Position numbers and translations under genes: made by a program
The notes under the pieces: model-generated
Seen by the model: only the letters and a program-made list of their open reading frames with translations
What the model was told of the DNA's origin: nothing
Databases searched by the model: none
Assembly (NCBI RefSeq): GCF_024521635.1
Contig: NW_026250429.1
Span: 124,001 to 188,000 of the forward strand
Direction of reading: 5' to 3'
Length of the DNA: 64,000 nt
Source: Tricharina praecox
Lineage: Eukaryota
In this document: in pieces, positions 52,825 through 64,000 of the stretch
Position numbering within the stretch: the first letter of the stretch is position 1
How the letters are laid out: each line of letters opens with the position of its first letter

Positions 52825-54610
52825 ATGTAGATGAAAGAGTCTTTGTTTAGGGGTTAGACGACGAAATGGGGTCATCTCAATGATGTTTTTAGTGATATTG
52901 CGGGATAAATGTGTTGCTGTGGCTGGTAAATAGTGACGCCCAAGGGTGTGAGTCTGCGTCTTTGTACCTCTAAATAGATACTACAGTTTCGCCGTCCACA
53001 CGCAACGTGTCTTCGGATTATCCATCATTCCCACCAAGTTGACTGCCTCGTCAGCCCGATACAGTGGCCGCTTATAGGGTTGTCAGCTGCTCTTCCGGAT
53101 ATTTTGGCATTCGGCCAACCTCCACCCCAGCCGACGGGCCCCATCAACAAGAGCCACAGACCACCCTATCTTCCCCCGTGTTCCGTTTATCGAGTGATAT
53201 ACTATACTCGTGTGCTCTGCACAGTGCAGCACTCTCCCTACCCACTCAATGGCATAACGCCGCCGGTACCGACTGACACTACGCGGTCATCCAGGGCGAC
53301 TTCGGCACTGCACGGTGGTTTACTATAACTACTACTCCATAACTGAGATCTGCCAGGTCATGCAAGTAATAATCCGTCGACAGCCGGTGGCAGTTGGGCG
53401 GCCTGTTCAAAGCATTCGGATGGTCTGTCCGAAAGCCCAAGATTCAAAGGGTGTGGACTCTGCCATCCAGAAGCCACTGACGGCCGGCCTAAACAAAGCC
53501 TCCCCATAGTTCCAATCCACAGCCTTCTATAGAGCGGCCACAAATATAAAGACTCCTGGGAAAGGGAGCAAAAGGCTGGTATCCACTCTAACGTAAGAAG
53601 TGTGTTCGGTTTTTGTCGAAATAATGCTTATGAGTAGTATTAGTATTAGTATATAGTAGTAGTATCAACAGTAGGTACCTGGATCCTATAAGTTTATGCC
53701 TTTGGGTATGTACCGAAGGCGTTAGTGAACACCTACATACCATGGAGAATATTGCTCTAGTTATTATAGTATATGGAGTAAATAATCCCTAGGCTTACCC
53801 CAAACCACCACCTTTGACGCGGACTGCCTCTTCGAGTAAGGAGTCAACTGTTAACTCCCACTACACTACTCTTAACCTCCTGCAGAGAATTAAATATCCG
53901 CCAGCCGACCGCGACGCAGTGACGCACAGACAAGTGAGATCGTCCATCGGTCTGTCGGAAGGAAAAGTTCCGAAATGTCTACCGCTATGTACACATGCAG
54001 ACTACATATGGTGGAGACTCAGACGCGGGATGAATCCTTGTACATGTCGTGTGTCCTTTAGTAGTCGAAACGTCAAGTGATTAACTGTGATTTTGTTTCC
54101 CCGAGCCGAGCCACAGTGCGTGTTTGCACTTTACATATGGGAATCTACAATTGCTCGGAGCCCTCCCCCCTGAGGACTGATAGGTAGATAGTAGATACCG
54201 GTACCTCAGTCGGTAGTACGTTGTATACCCTTGTTCCATGGGTATTCGACGGTAGATACCGCTTACCAGGTGTAAGTCTGTAGATATGCGGGGGCTGCGG
54301 GACTGGAGTGCCGGGTTCTGCCACAGGTTTTTGGCCGTCCAGCCGGAAGGCCCTGTAATACGGTGTCTACGTAGGGATACAGTCCCTCTGCCATCTGTGG
54401 CGTCTGGGGTTGACGTAGGCGCCATTAACCAACAAAGATAGGCTTCAACACTGTGCAGAGAATGTTCCATATCTCTACATTTCTTTCGCACTGTACGATG
54501 ATCAAAACCTGTCACTCGTGCAATGCGTGTTCAAGTATACGGAGACCGCAAAGACAAGTCGTTTCTTTGCAAGTAGTATCATTCATTATGTTCTATGTCA
54601 TTGATATTTC

Positions 54611-56276
54611 TTACTCTTCCATATCTCCCGTCCGCTTGGGCTTCTCCGTGGACTCCGATGCATCATCGTATTCTGCCGACTCGTCGCTCCCATAATCCTC
54701 GTCACTATCCTCGTCATCATCCTCATCGGAGAACTCGCCATCTTTCTGTTTCCGGCCATACGCGATATAGCTGCATCCATCAGCATCCGCAAATCCCCCC
54801 TCCCCCCATAGGCTGTCAGACTCACAAGTAATTATAAGCGTGCATCCCCCTATCGCACGCTCTCACGGACGCTTCTTTCAGCAGAGCACTCGCATCTCCA
54901 GTGGCCATCCCCAGTACCCTCGTGAACGCCGCCAAGCAATACGCCTCCAACCCCAGCTGGATATTTAGCAGCATCATCTCGCCGATGACCTTGAGCTTGC
55001 TGTCCTGTGGCCATCCGCCGATCGGCTGTTTCACACGGAACGACTTTACGTCCACGAACCCGGCTTCGGTGAGTCGTTCTGCCAAGGTATTCGAATATAT
55101 CGGATCGTGTCCCGTCAGCTCCATCGCCTTTGACAAGTAGTCCCAGGAGAGCTTCAGCGGGTGGCCGGGCGGGACAGTGTCGTCGTCGGCGATGATGTCG
55201 CCGGAGACTTCGGCCAGTTCGACGTAGCCACCTGGTTTTGTACAGCTACCGGTAGGTAGCGGGACCGTGTCAGCATACCCTACATACGTGCGGGGGTGTA
55301 AAAGGGGAGATATACCGGTATGTCTCGGCCAGCAGATGCGGCCATTTAGTGATATTCAAAGCCACGTTCCTGACATGTATGTAATCGAAGTAATCCTGCA
55401 ACCTTCAGTCTCCAGGCGTCACGGACCGCGCTGCCGCACATACATCCTCGTACATACCGCGTCGTACGTCCAGTCCTGTTCCGCATCATCCACCTCGAAG
55501 TGACTGTCTCGACTCGCCGTCAGCCACCGCCCTTCCCGTGCCCCCCCCCCCCACGGGCTACAACATCACGGAGACAACCGACCAGTTCGGCGGTACCCAT
55601 GTCGGCTGGATCGGACTGAGGTCAATCCCCATCACCTCCGCGTGCGGAAACCGATCCGCCATGTCGATCGCCCAGATGCCCGTGCCCGTGCCCACATCCA
55701 TTATGCGCTCTATCTTCTCAGGCTTCAGCGGCGCCATGTGCAGTGCGCCGTGAAGCACCCCCAGGAATATCTCGTGGTGCATGTCGAGTCTGTTTCATGT
55801 ACTCGTCAACGGCTATCCAGACTACGTATCGGCGGGTGTAGGTGTGGGGGGCGGGGGGCGGGGGGCGGGGGTGCGTACCGGTCCTGTTCCATCTACACCC
55901 GTGGGGGAACGATCAGCAGTGTTCAGGTGCGGGCGGGGGATCGATACGCCGTACCTCGTCCGTCGGCATGAGATTTCGATTGCTGCCAAAGTACGTATGA
56001 TATCGGCGGCCTGCACGCAATCAGCCCCTGAGCCGCGTCGGTGGGGGAGGGGAGAATAAGCTGGGGGGAACACGCCATTCTCGAGGATGTACTGGTTGAT
56101 CGAAGACTTGAGACTCTCGATGCTGCAATCGTAGGAGCTCGCGGTTTCGTAGCCGTCGTCGCTGGACCACTGCAGCATCAGACACCGTCAGTCCCTGTCC
56201 TGCCTTCGGTCCTCGGTGCACAACGTAGGAGGGGAGGAGAGACACGATCGTGCTCGGGATCGATTTCGATATCCAT
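54611..56276 (-). CDS. LaeA-like SAM-dependent methyltransferase, paralogue 3 (about 9 exons, acidic C-terminal tail)
   Basis: YILENGRRYH, EQDRLDMHH, IMDVGTGTGIWAIDMAD, FEVDD, KPGGYVE, GWPQD, YIAYGRK followed by a DEDDDEDSDED tail; first exon tentative. Confidence 0.87.
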
Positions 56277-59200
56277 CGTTTCGTGGTGGGCGTAGGTCAT
56301 CTTCGTCGCCGGTATCGGTGTGTCGTAGGGAGAAGGATAAAGTCGCGACTTGTATTGAGATGAGCAGCAGCCAGCATCTTTACATACAGTATATAGATCT
56401 GAATACATTACCCTGGTTGCGAAAGTATATAGGCCAGCTCGCGCTAATGTGGGCGGAACGGGGTTACGGGAGGTGCAGCGCACTTGCATGCGTAGTCTAC
56501 AGATTTGAGAAGTCTAGGCCGAACCTGGTAGCCAATAGATTTGGAGAATCGTAAGAGCGCGGAAGTGTTATTATACCAATAGCATCTTGCAGAGTGGGAT
56601 ATGGATGTTCAAATCAGATATGTGATATCGGGAGGTAGAAGTGGAATTCACGAGTGATGATGTGTGAATACACTAGGTATCAGGAAAAGCTGTGAAGTGT
56701 CTGAAAGTACTTGGGTATGTACCACGCGGATTCGCGGTTCCTGCCACTCTCTATCGACACAGGCCAGGACATGCAAAGGTGGCAGCTATTTAAGGCCAAC
56801 GTCACGATTCGGCGCGGGCACGGCTGCTCGAACTGAGATACATCGTGCCGCACACTGCGAGAGAGGGAGACGGGGGCATCAAGTGCCAGCAGTCATAAAT
56901 TCTTAATGCGTCGGGGCCAGGCGAGGCGTATATCATATATGTACTGGGTATGTTATCCAACGGTTACCATCGCACCTCGTTCACGGAGCAGCGAATTCTC
57001 GCTCTCGATGCACCCAATTATGGCCAATCAATCCAAGTCCTCTCTTGGCAGCCGCGGTCTTCTCCAGCCATCATTGACCAATCTAGCCGTGTGTGCATCA
57101 CGCGGTACCGGCTGCGTTTTCTCATCTAGACTGCATGGTTCCGATTGTACCTATACCAGTAGTATAATGTATTCTCCACCTACTAGCTATCCGCTGGCGG
57201 CAAAACCTGTGCCGCACACATACCGTACTGCTCGTCAAAACGGGTCAGACGCGGATGCACGCGGATGCGGACGCCGCTGATATTGATCTCACAAAAATAT
57301 TAGGCCCACCAAAAAAAATTGTCATATGTAGCGGCTGGTTACATGCACATGCACATGCAATAATACATAGAGTATAGTTATACCTACACTAGAGGAACTT
57401 ACCGTTCCAGTGCATCGAGTGTTCCTCCGCAAATAATGTGAGATTATGTAATGGAGCGGCTTGGCGGGAATGGGAACGACAGTGAGCGAAAACGAGCATA
57501 CTTCGTCTGTAAGAGCTTGGTTGTCATGCAAAGGTATTTACGTACTAGAACGAACCAACAGGTGGGTCGAATACGAAGAGTTGTCATGGCTCGTATGTAC
57601 CTACCCAACCCATGGACCATTTGTCTCCAGCCACGCTGATTCGGAAAATTTCACCGACCGCTCCGCATTTGACTACTCTCTAGTGCTGTAACTAGTCGGT
57701 AAGCCCACGCTCGGATATATCCCGAGTCGCTTCGATAGAGTACATGTGATGGGTTCTGCCTTCGTTTCACCGTTCGCTTAAAGGGAGAAACACCGGCGGA
57801 AGCCCCCTCGCACTGCAGTCAGACTGTCAGAGTCTAACCAACGCTAGCGATATCTATTGCAGATCTGCATTTGCTAGGCAGCTACCGGTACCATAGCTCG
57901 GTAGCTGTGCCGAGAAGGTAAAGCTATCCTGTGGAGAGCTTTTTGGATACCATCTAGGGGGTACCTAGGTAGAGTACATACCGCGTTGGACCGATCAGAC
58001 AGTCGGATTCAGCGTTGACGGCAGATGAGGAGGATGGCGACCTGAACGCTATGGGCAAGCCGTACCGGTGCCGGTATTGTTTCCAGAGTATGCCAGCCGC
58101 AACCGAAGACATTCCTAGGTACATAGTCGGGGCAAACCCCAACGTTAGCATAGGTAGGTAGCAGAGGAACGGATGGTGTCTATCCGCGCGGAGGATGGTG
58201 CCCTCCCTCGGGAGGAAAAGCCCCACTATTAATAACCGTTCAGACGCGATTCGACAACCGCTAATACCAAGTGATCTCCATCCCCAATCAGCAATATCCG
58301 TCCCTTCTCTCCCGTAGTCTGTGTGCAGGTGGATTCCCCCCGGAAGATGACTGGAAGCAGACCATCGAAATGACCGACTATGAGCAGGTTCGTGGGTATG
58401 CAGCGAATGACTTCGGGGCGCCCGTCGGTGGTGTGGAAAACAATAGCCCGTGCAGCTCTTACTCTCCTCATCTCAATCTCTACTTCTGTTCGTCTCCAAG
58501 CATCCCGTATAGCCGTGAAGGGAGTTGGATGCGATCTGGCGTTGCGCGAGGTACATCCTGGAGAGTGGTTCCTCTGATGCCTAGTCTTATGTTCTACTAG
58601 TACCCTACATAGTAGGAGTGTTCCCAAACGCTGTGTTTTGCTTCTCGCTTCTCTACCACAACCTCCCTTTCCAACCCCGAATTCTGGAGTAATGAATCAT
58701 GATTGCGTTCGGCAAACTCCCGACGGAGATGCTCGAGCCGAGGGTGTACCAACTGGGTTAAGGACAGCTATTCGGTCGAATACCATCTTGCCAGTAATCG
58801 TGGAGGCATTCGACCTAATGGCGGGATGTCCTGGCCTGGGGGAGGATTCGAGTTGAGTATGTGACGGTGATACCTACTATACGGTGCCCGCACCCAAACA
58901 CCTCCAGGCTCCAGAACACCCACTGCTCATTCCGCACATTGTAGGCAACATCTAGCGCCGGGCAGCCTGTAAGCTGTAATGCCTCGGGGTGCTTGGGGAA
59001 TCCTCAGTAGGCGACCACTCAGCACTGTATACTCTTCAAAGGTCAGGCTGGGGATTGGATAAAGACTATGGGAGGGGTCGTAGAAGGTATGAATACCCAG
59101 CCAAGCGGAGGAGAGACCGGAGAAATAGCGACCTTAACCCATACCGGCAGTCTCCTGTGAACGGTTGTGCGCTGGCGAAGTAATGGGCTACAGCGATATT

Positions 59201-59805
59201 GTTTAGGTTGCGGCCGATGAGGCTTCCGGTATTGATAGTTATGAGGACGATTACCGATATTGAACGTTGAGTGCGAGTTAGTTATGATCAGACGCCACCA
59301 TCCGCATTTTGAGCTACCGATCGAAGCTCGATTGCATAAGCTGTACACCAACATTGGTGCAGCTTCCGCCGCCTGCCTTCTGGAAGCTAGGTATTGATTC
59401 TGTGGAAACCGGTTGTAGAGTAGACGAGGGTTTGTCGATGAGGGTTGGATTACTCACCAAGGCAGCAGTTGCATCACATAGAATCACTAGACACTAGCTA
59501 GTCAATTCGGGTAAATTCTATGTGTGGGATTTCGCCGACGCCCACATTTATAAAACCTCCTCCCCACCTCCTCCTTCTCCTTCTCTTTCTCTTTCTCCCC
59601 ATCTTTACTCAACAACCAACATCAACACTGATCCCTCGGTGGACCTCACAATAATTACCAAACTTCCGTAGGTTCTCCGACACCGTCCGTTAATGGTCTC
59701 TCCGTTTCTAACCTTTACCCGCCTCCATCTCTTCAGTACCCACTAGCAATCTGGAACGTATTGCCCTATCATCACTGGGTTTACACACCCAGAAACCGAG
59801 TGCCA

Positions 59806-60780
59806 CATCAGCCTCCCGCTGGATTAACATCCAGCGGATAAGAAGAAGAAAAACCGTGGTGGGAGGTGGGGGGCCGCCGGATTAAAATCCGGCAACTCTC
59901 CATTCATCTTGGAGGAACCGCCGTTGGAAGGGAGGAAGGCATGCGTCTATTCAATGTATGGAAACTAAAAACCCTCGAAACGATAACTTGGTTGCCCACA
60001 ATTATCGAGACGCTGCACCCGAACCAGCGTGGACACGGAGTTCTTTCATTGGGATGAAGGGAAATATTAACCGGTAAGACACCCCTCCCCCAATTGTTCT
60101 CCGCAATATCTGCTAACCCAACAAAAGATCAAAAGACGCCCACATCGTGCACTGTAATGTGGTCGGAGATATCATGGTCAGCACCAAGCTCCCGCAGATG
60201 GAGCTATTGGCAGAGAAGTTTTCGAACGAGCAACGACGGCTGTCAATCTTTGTGCCCGATGGGCCCCCCGTCCAGGCGGGGGGCACTTCGCCCCATCGGC
60301 CTCCCGCCGAATTAACATCCAGCGGGCAAGAAAAAGAAGAACGGTGGTGGTGGGTGGGGGGCCGCCGGATTAACATCCGGCAACCCCCCATCAACCTTGG
60401 AAGAACGGCCGTCGGAAGAGAAGAGGGGATGCGACTTTTCAATGTCTGGAAACTAAAAACCCTCGAAACGGTAACGTGGTTACCCAAAGTTATTGAGTCG
60501 CTGCATCCGAACCAGCGTGGGAACGGAGTACTCCGTCCTTCTTCGGAAGATTTTCTTCTTGGATGAAGGGCGGAGTGCTGTCTTCGTCCGAAGATTTTCT
60601 TATTGGGATGAAGGGAAATCTTAACCGGTAAGACACCCCTCCCCCAATTGTTCTCCGCAATATCCGCTAACCCAACAAAAGGTCGAAAGACTCAAATATT
60701 GTCCACTGTAACGTCTCCAGAGACGTTATGGTCAGCAACAAGCGCCCGCAGATGGCGCTGTTAGCCGAAAAGCTTTCGAA
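59806..60780 (+). pseudogene. Decayed gene made of two approximately 490-bp tandem coding repeats, each containing an intron
   Basis: Copies at about 59806-60225 and 60294-60780 differ mostly at third codon positions; each has cg|gtaagac...gctaac...aag; a stop (TAA versus CAA) and frameshifts are present. Confidence 0.6.
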
Positions 60781-61718
60781 AATGTCTGTTTTGTTTATTT
60801 CTGAGTTGTCGGTATTTCATTTGGAGGAATTTAAGCACGATTACATATTGATATACTCTGCTTCGTGAACTTGAAATGATAACAGTGATGTGATGTGATG
60901 CGATGGGTTTACTGAGCCCGCGGCCCCGCCCACGTAAAATGTGAAGCACCGATGCAGTCTCACAGCCCTGCATACCGCCGTACCGGTATCCATCAGGCGC
61001 CCCCCTATGACCGACAGCAAGTAATATAGTATGTCCTAGACTCCTGGTGGGAGCTTCATAGACTTCACTGCTTCAGTACACTCGTCCCGCACTAATTTAT
61101 ATTCATGCAGAGTCTATTCTTATTCGCGCAGAAATGTGAGTAGAGATACGGAAAATGTTCGCGGTTAATACTATTCCGATCGATTGAGGTGTTTTACAGG
61201 AAATGGGATGCAAGAACACACTGCTGCTGGCCTCGAATCAGAGTCACCAAGACAAAGCCGAGTGACGTCATGTGCGCGGCTGTAAGATTTCTTAATCGTC
61301 CTTCTTCCATCGCCATCGGACACAGTCAAGTAGGTAGTTGCAATAACCGTGAAGAGCCGATTACTAAATCTGAGATATTCAGACAGAAACGTTCACTCTA
61401 TAGTATCGCCTTAATAGCACACCGTGCGATCCGAGCAGGCTTATTATCTGGTACGTATGGCATTGATATAGCTAATGTGAACATTCCTAACTCTCGGTGC
61501 GTCGAGCTCTGTGCAGATACCCCTTCCCTCCTGACTCCCTCCAATATATGGTTTACACTACGTCTACAAACTCACTCCTTCCCACGATTGATAAACAAGC
61601 AAGCAAGACAATCAAAAACAAAAAAGCAAAACTCGCCCCATGTAAAGCAAACAAACCGCAAGCAAGAAACCAGACTGCAAAGGAAAGAATTGGATTTTAG
61701 GGAAGGTTAACGCAATAT

Positions 61719-63079
61719 CTATTTCCTGAGGTCTTCGGCGAGCTCAGGTGGCACACCCGCCGTCATGCCGTCTACTGACACTGTCACTGCTCCTGCTTGC
61801 ACTAACGCGGTTCGAAGGTCATCGATCAGGTCATCCACACTACTTCTCGTTAGCATGTAGTCCACTTCGGAGACTGCGGGAAGGTGGATACTCACTCCTC
61901 GATTCCAACACACAACCGCACCAGATCCTCGGGGAGCTGTCTCTCCTTCCTCGTCTTCTCATCGATGCTGGCATGACTCATGCGGCAGGGCATGGAGATC
62001 AAACTGTTGACACAACCAAAGGAGACACTGATGGCCCACAACCGGGTGGACTCGACAATGCGCTCACTGATGACCGTATTACCAGTTTCGAAGCTCAGCA
62101 CCGCACCAGCACCTCTCGCCATGCTCCAGTGCAGATCGTATTGCGGGTGCGATTTCAGCCCAGGGTATCGGACCTTGAACCCCTGGTTCTCAAGGAACTC
62201 GGCGATCGCTTGCGCGTTCGCCTGCTGCTTCTCCATGCGCACGCCGAGGGTCTTGATTCCGCGGAGGAGCAACCAGCAGTCGAAGGGTGCCAGTCCGCAT
62301 CCCGAGGCGTTGATGGTGAAGTATAGTTTCTCGCCGAGGGAGAGGTCATTAACGGCGAGAACTCCGGCCATCAAGTCGTGGTGACCGGAGAGGTACTTTG
62401 TGCCGGACTCGTAAACGATATCGGCGCCAAGTTCGAGAGGGTTCAGCAACCACGGGGAAAGCATCGTGTTATCCACCGCCACCACGGTCTTCGGGTTCGC
62501 ATCGTGTGCAGCCTTGGCAATCGCGGGGAGGTCGACGATCTTGATGAGGGGGTTGGTGGGGGTCTCCAGTAGCACCATTGCTGTTTTCTCCGAGAGCACG
62601 GGTAGCACCGCGTCCACGGAAGTGGTATCAACGTGGTGCACGATGATCCCGCCATGCGTGGACAGGTACTTCAGCAGTCGGTTAGTACCACCGTAGAGAT
62701 CGTCGCCAGCAATAACTTCATCGCCCGGCTTCAGCATGCGCGAGATGACATCCATGGCTCCCATTCCCGAGGAAACGACTAGGGCCCGGTTCGCCCGCAT
62801 AATCTTTGCGAGGTGCTTCTCGAGGTGCGAGCGGGTGGGGTTGCCGGATCGTGTGTAGTCGTATTCGCCGCCGCCGGATCCAGAGGTCTGCTTGAAGGTG
62901 GCGGTCTGGTACAGGGGCATCGACGAGGCGCCATATTGATCCGAGTGTTCGGTGTAAACGAGCTCTGTTGCCAAAGAGTAGACCTTCCCAGTGCGAGGAG
63001 AAGACGGCGCCGGGGATGGGGGGAGGTCATGGCCGGAGAGGTCGAGCTTACTGAAAGCTTTGAGCGGTGGGGAGGACAT
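61719..63079 (-). CDS. STR3: Cystathionine beta-lyase (PLP-dependent)
   Basis: YDYTRSGNPTR, SSGMGA, DDLYGGT, LLETPTNP, VDNTMLSP, ESGTKYLSGHHD, SFGCVNSLISMPC, RLCVGIED; one intron 61895-61840. Confidence 0.93.
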
Positions 63080-63656
63080 GGTAGTGGTGGTAGTGGTGGA
63101 TGCGGGCGCGAAGGCGGGGTATCGACGAAGAAGTGCTGTTCCGCGGCGGTGGAGCAGGAGGGAGAGGAATTGCACACGGAGATTGGGCGGTTGGGGAAAC
63201 AATTTTAGCTTCTAGCTTTCGAGCTCGGTGCAAGTAGGGATCGGTGATGCTGGAAGTTTCGTTCCTCCTTTCTTTCGATGAGTATGAGTGGTGTTTCGGG
63301 AATTCTGTGGGGAAATCGTTTTTGAATGGCTCGGTGACCCTGCCACCCACTAACATTGATCCACCAGTGACCACGCCCTGCTTGATTGCCGTTTGAAGAA
63401 GATCGTTAGTTAAGCACGCAATTCCTTGGACAAAATCTGAATAGGCTGGTTGCCGGGTGTGCGGTTGTTGCCATCGCCAAGCCCACTATCGGCCATCCAA
63501 TCACCGTCCCTAAACCTGATCGAACCAAGGCCGCCCGCGATAGTCGAGCACTCACCGTGATACCGATCAACCCCACCATCATCACCACTGCCGTACCCGC
63601 CCCGCAGGCCAACAAACGAAGTCCGCCCTCCTCCGCCTGCCTGCCCCTCTGCCGCG

Positions 63657-64000
63657 ATGGCCTCCTCCTCTCCCGCCCTCACATCCGCCGCCGTCCAGGG
63701 TCCCACCGAAAAGTCCTTCTTTGAGCAGCAACGCGACCAGCTTCGCGGCGAGATCGCGCTCGCGATGGAACACGTCTTAATGAACATGAACACGCTCAAT
63801 CGGAACATGGAGAGCATTATCGCTGTACGGCCCTACGCCCCGGTTTCTCCCCATCCACAGAATCTCCTGACACGCGTGTGCAGGTCGGTCGCGAGTTCGA
63901 GAGTGTCGAGGCGTTGTGGAGCCAGTTTGAGGGCGTCATGGGTCGGAATCCGGGGGTGTCGAAGCAACCCGAACAGCCTGCGGAGGAGGAGCACAGGGAA
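63657..64000 (+). CDS. DAD1: DASH/Dam1 kinetochore complex subunit Dad1 (runs off the window)
   Basis: FFEQQRDQLRGEIALAMEHVLMNMNTLNRNMESIIA, intron, VGREFESVEALWSQFEGVM. Confidence 0.88.
   Translation, partial: MASSSPALTSAAVQGPTEKSFFEQQRDQLRGEIALAMEHVLMNMNTLNRNMESIIAVRPYAPVSPHPQNLLTRVCRSVASSRVSRRCGASLRASWVGIRGCRSNPNSLRRRSTG

Overview
Intron-rich eukaryotic DNA from a filamentous ascomycete. Short GT-AG introns with CTRAC/CTRAT branch points are common; Pezizomycetes is a guess from gene content only. The right side holds conserved housekeeping genes in two head-to-head pairs (HRQ1/QTRT1 and STR3/DAD1). The rest is accessory-type: a Zn2Cys6 transcription factor; a fungal NLR (TM + SesB-like hydrolase + degenerate NACHT + intact NACHT + about 21 near-identical 99-bp ankyrin repeats, with a 1-bp frameshift at the start of the array); a Kex2-type 10-Cys secreted peptide; a transaldolase-fold enzyme with aldolase (FSA)-type active-site residues beside a TauD-family dioxygenase; an 8-exon orphan gene with an N-myristoylation-like start that the ORF track misses; a CCCH-RRM-RBR E3 ligase followed by a tandem, internally deleted copy; and three LaeA-like methyltransferase paralogues with different intron sets. 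There are also several repeats and decayed coding relics. Exon models were built by eye, and no database searches were run.
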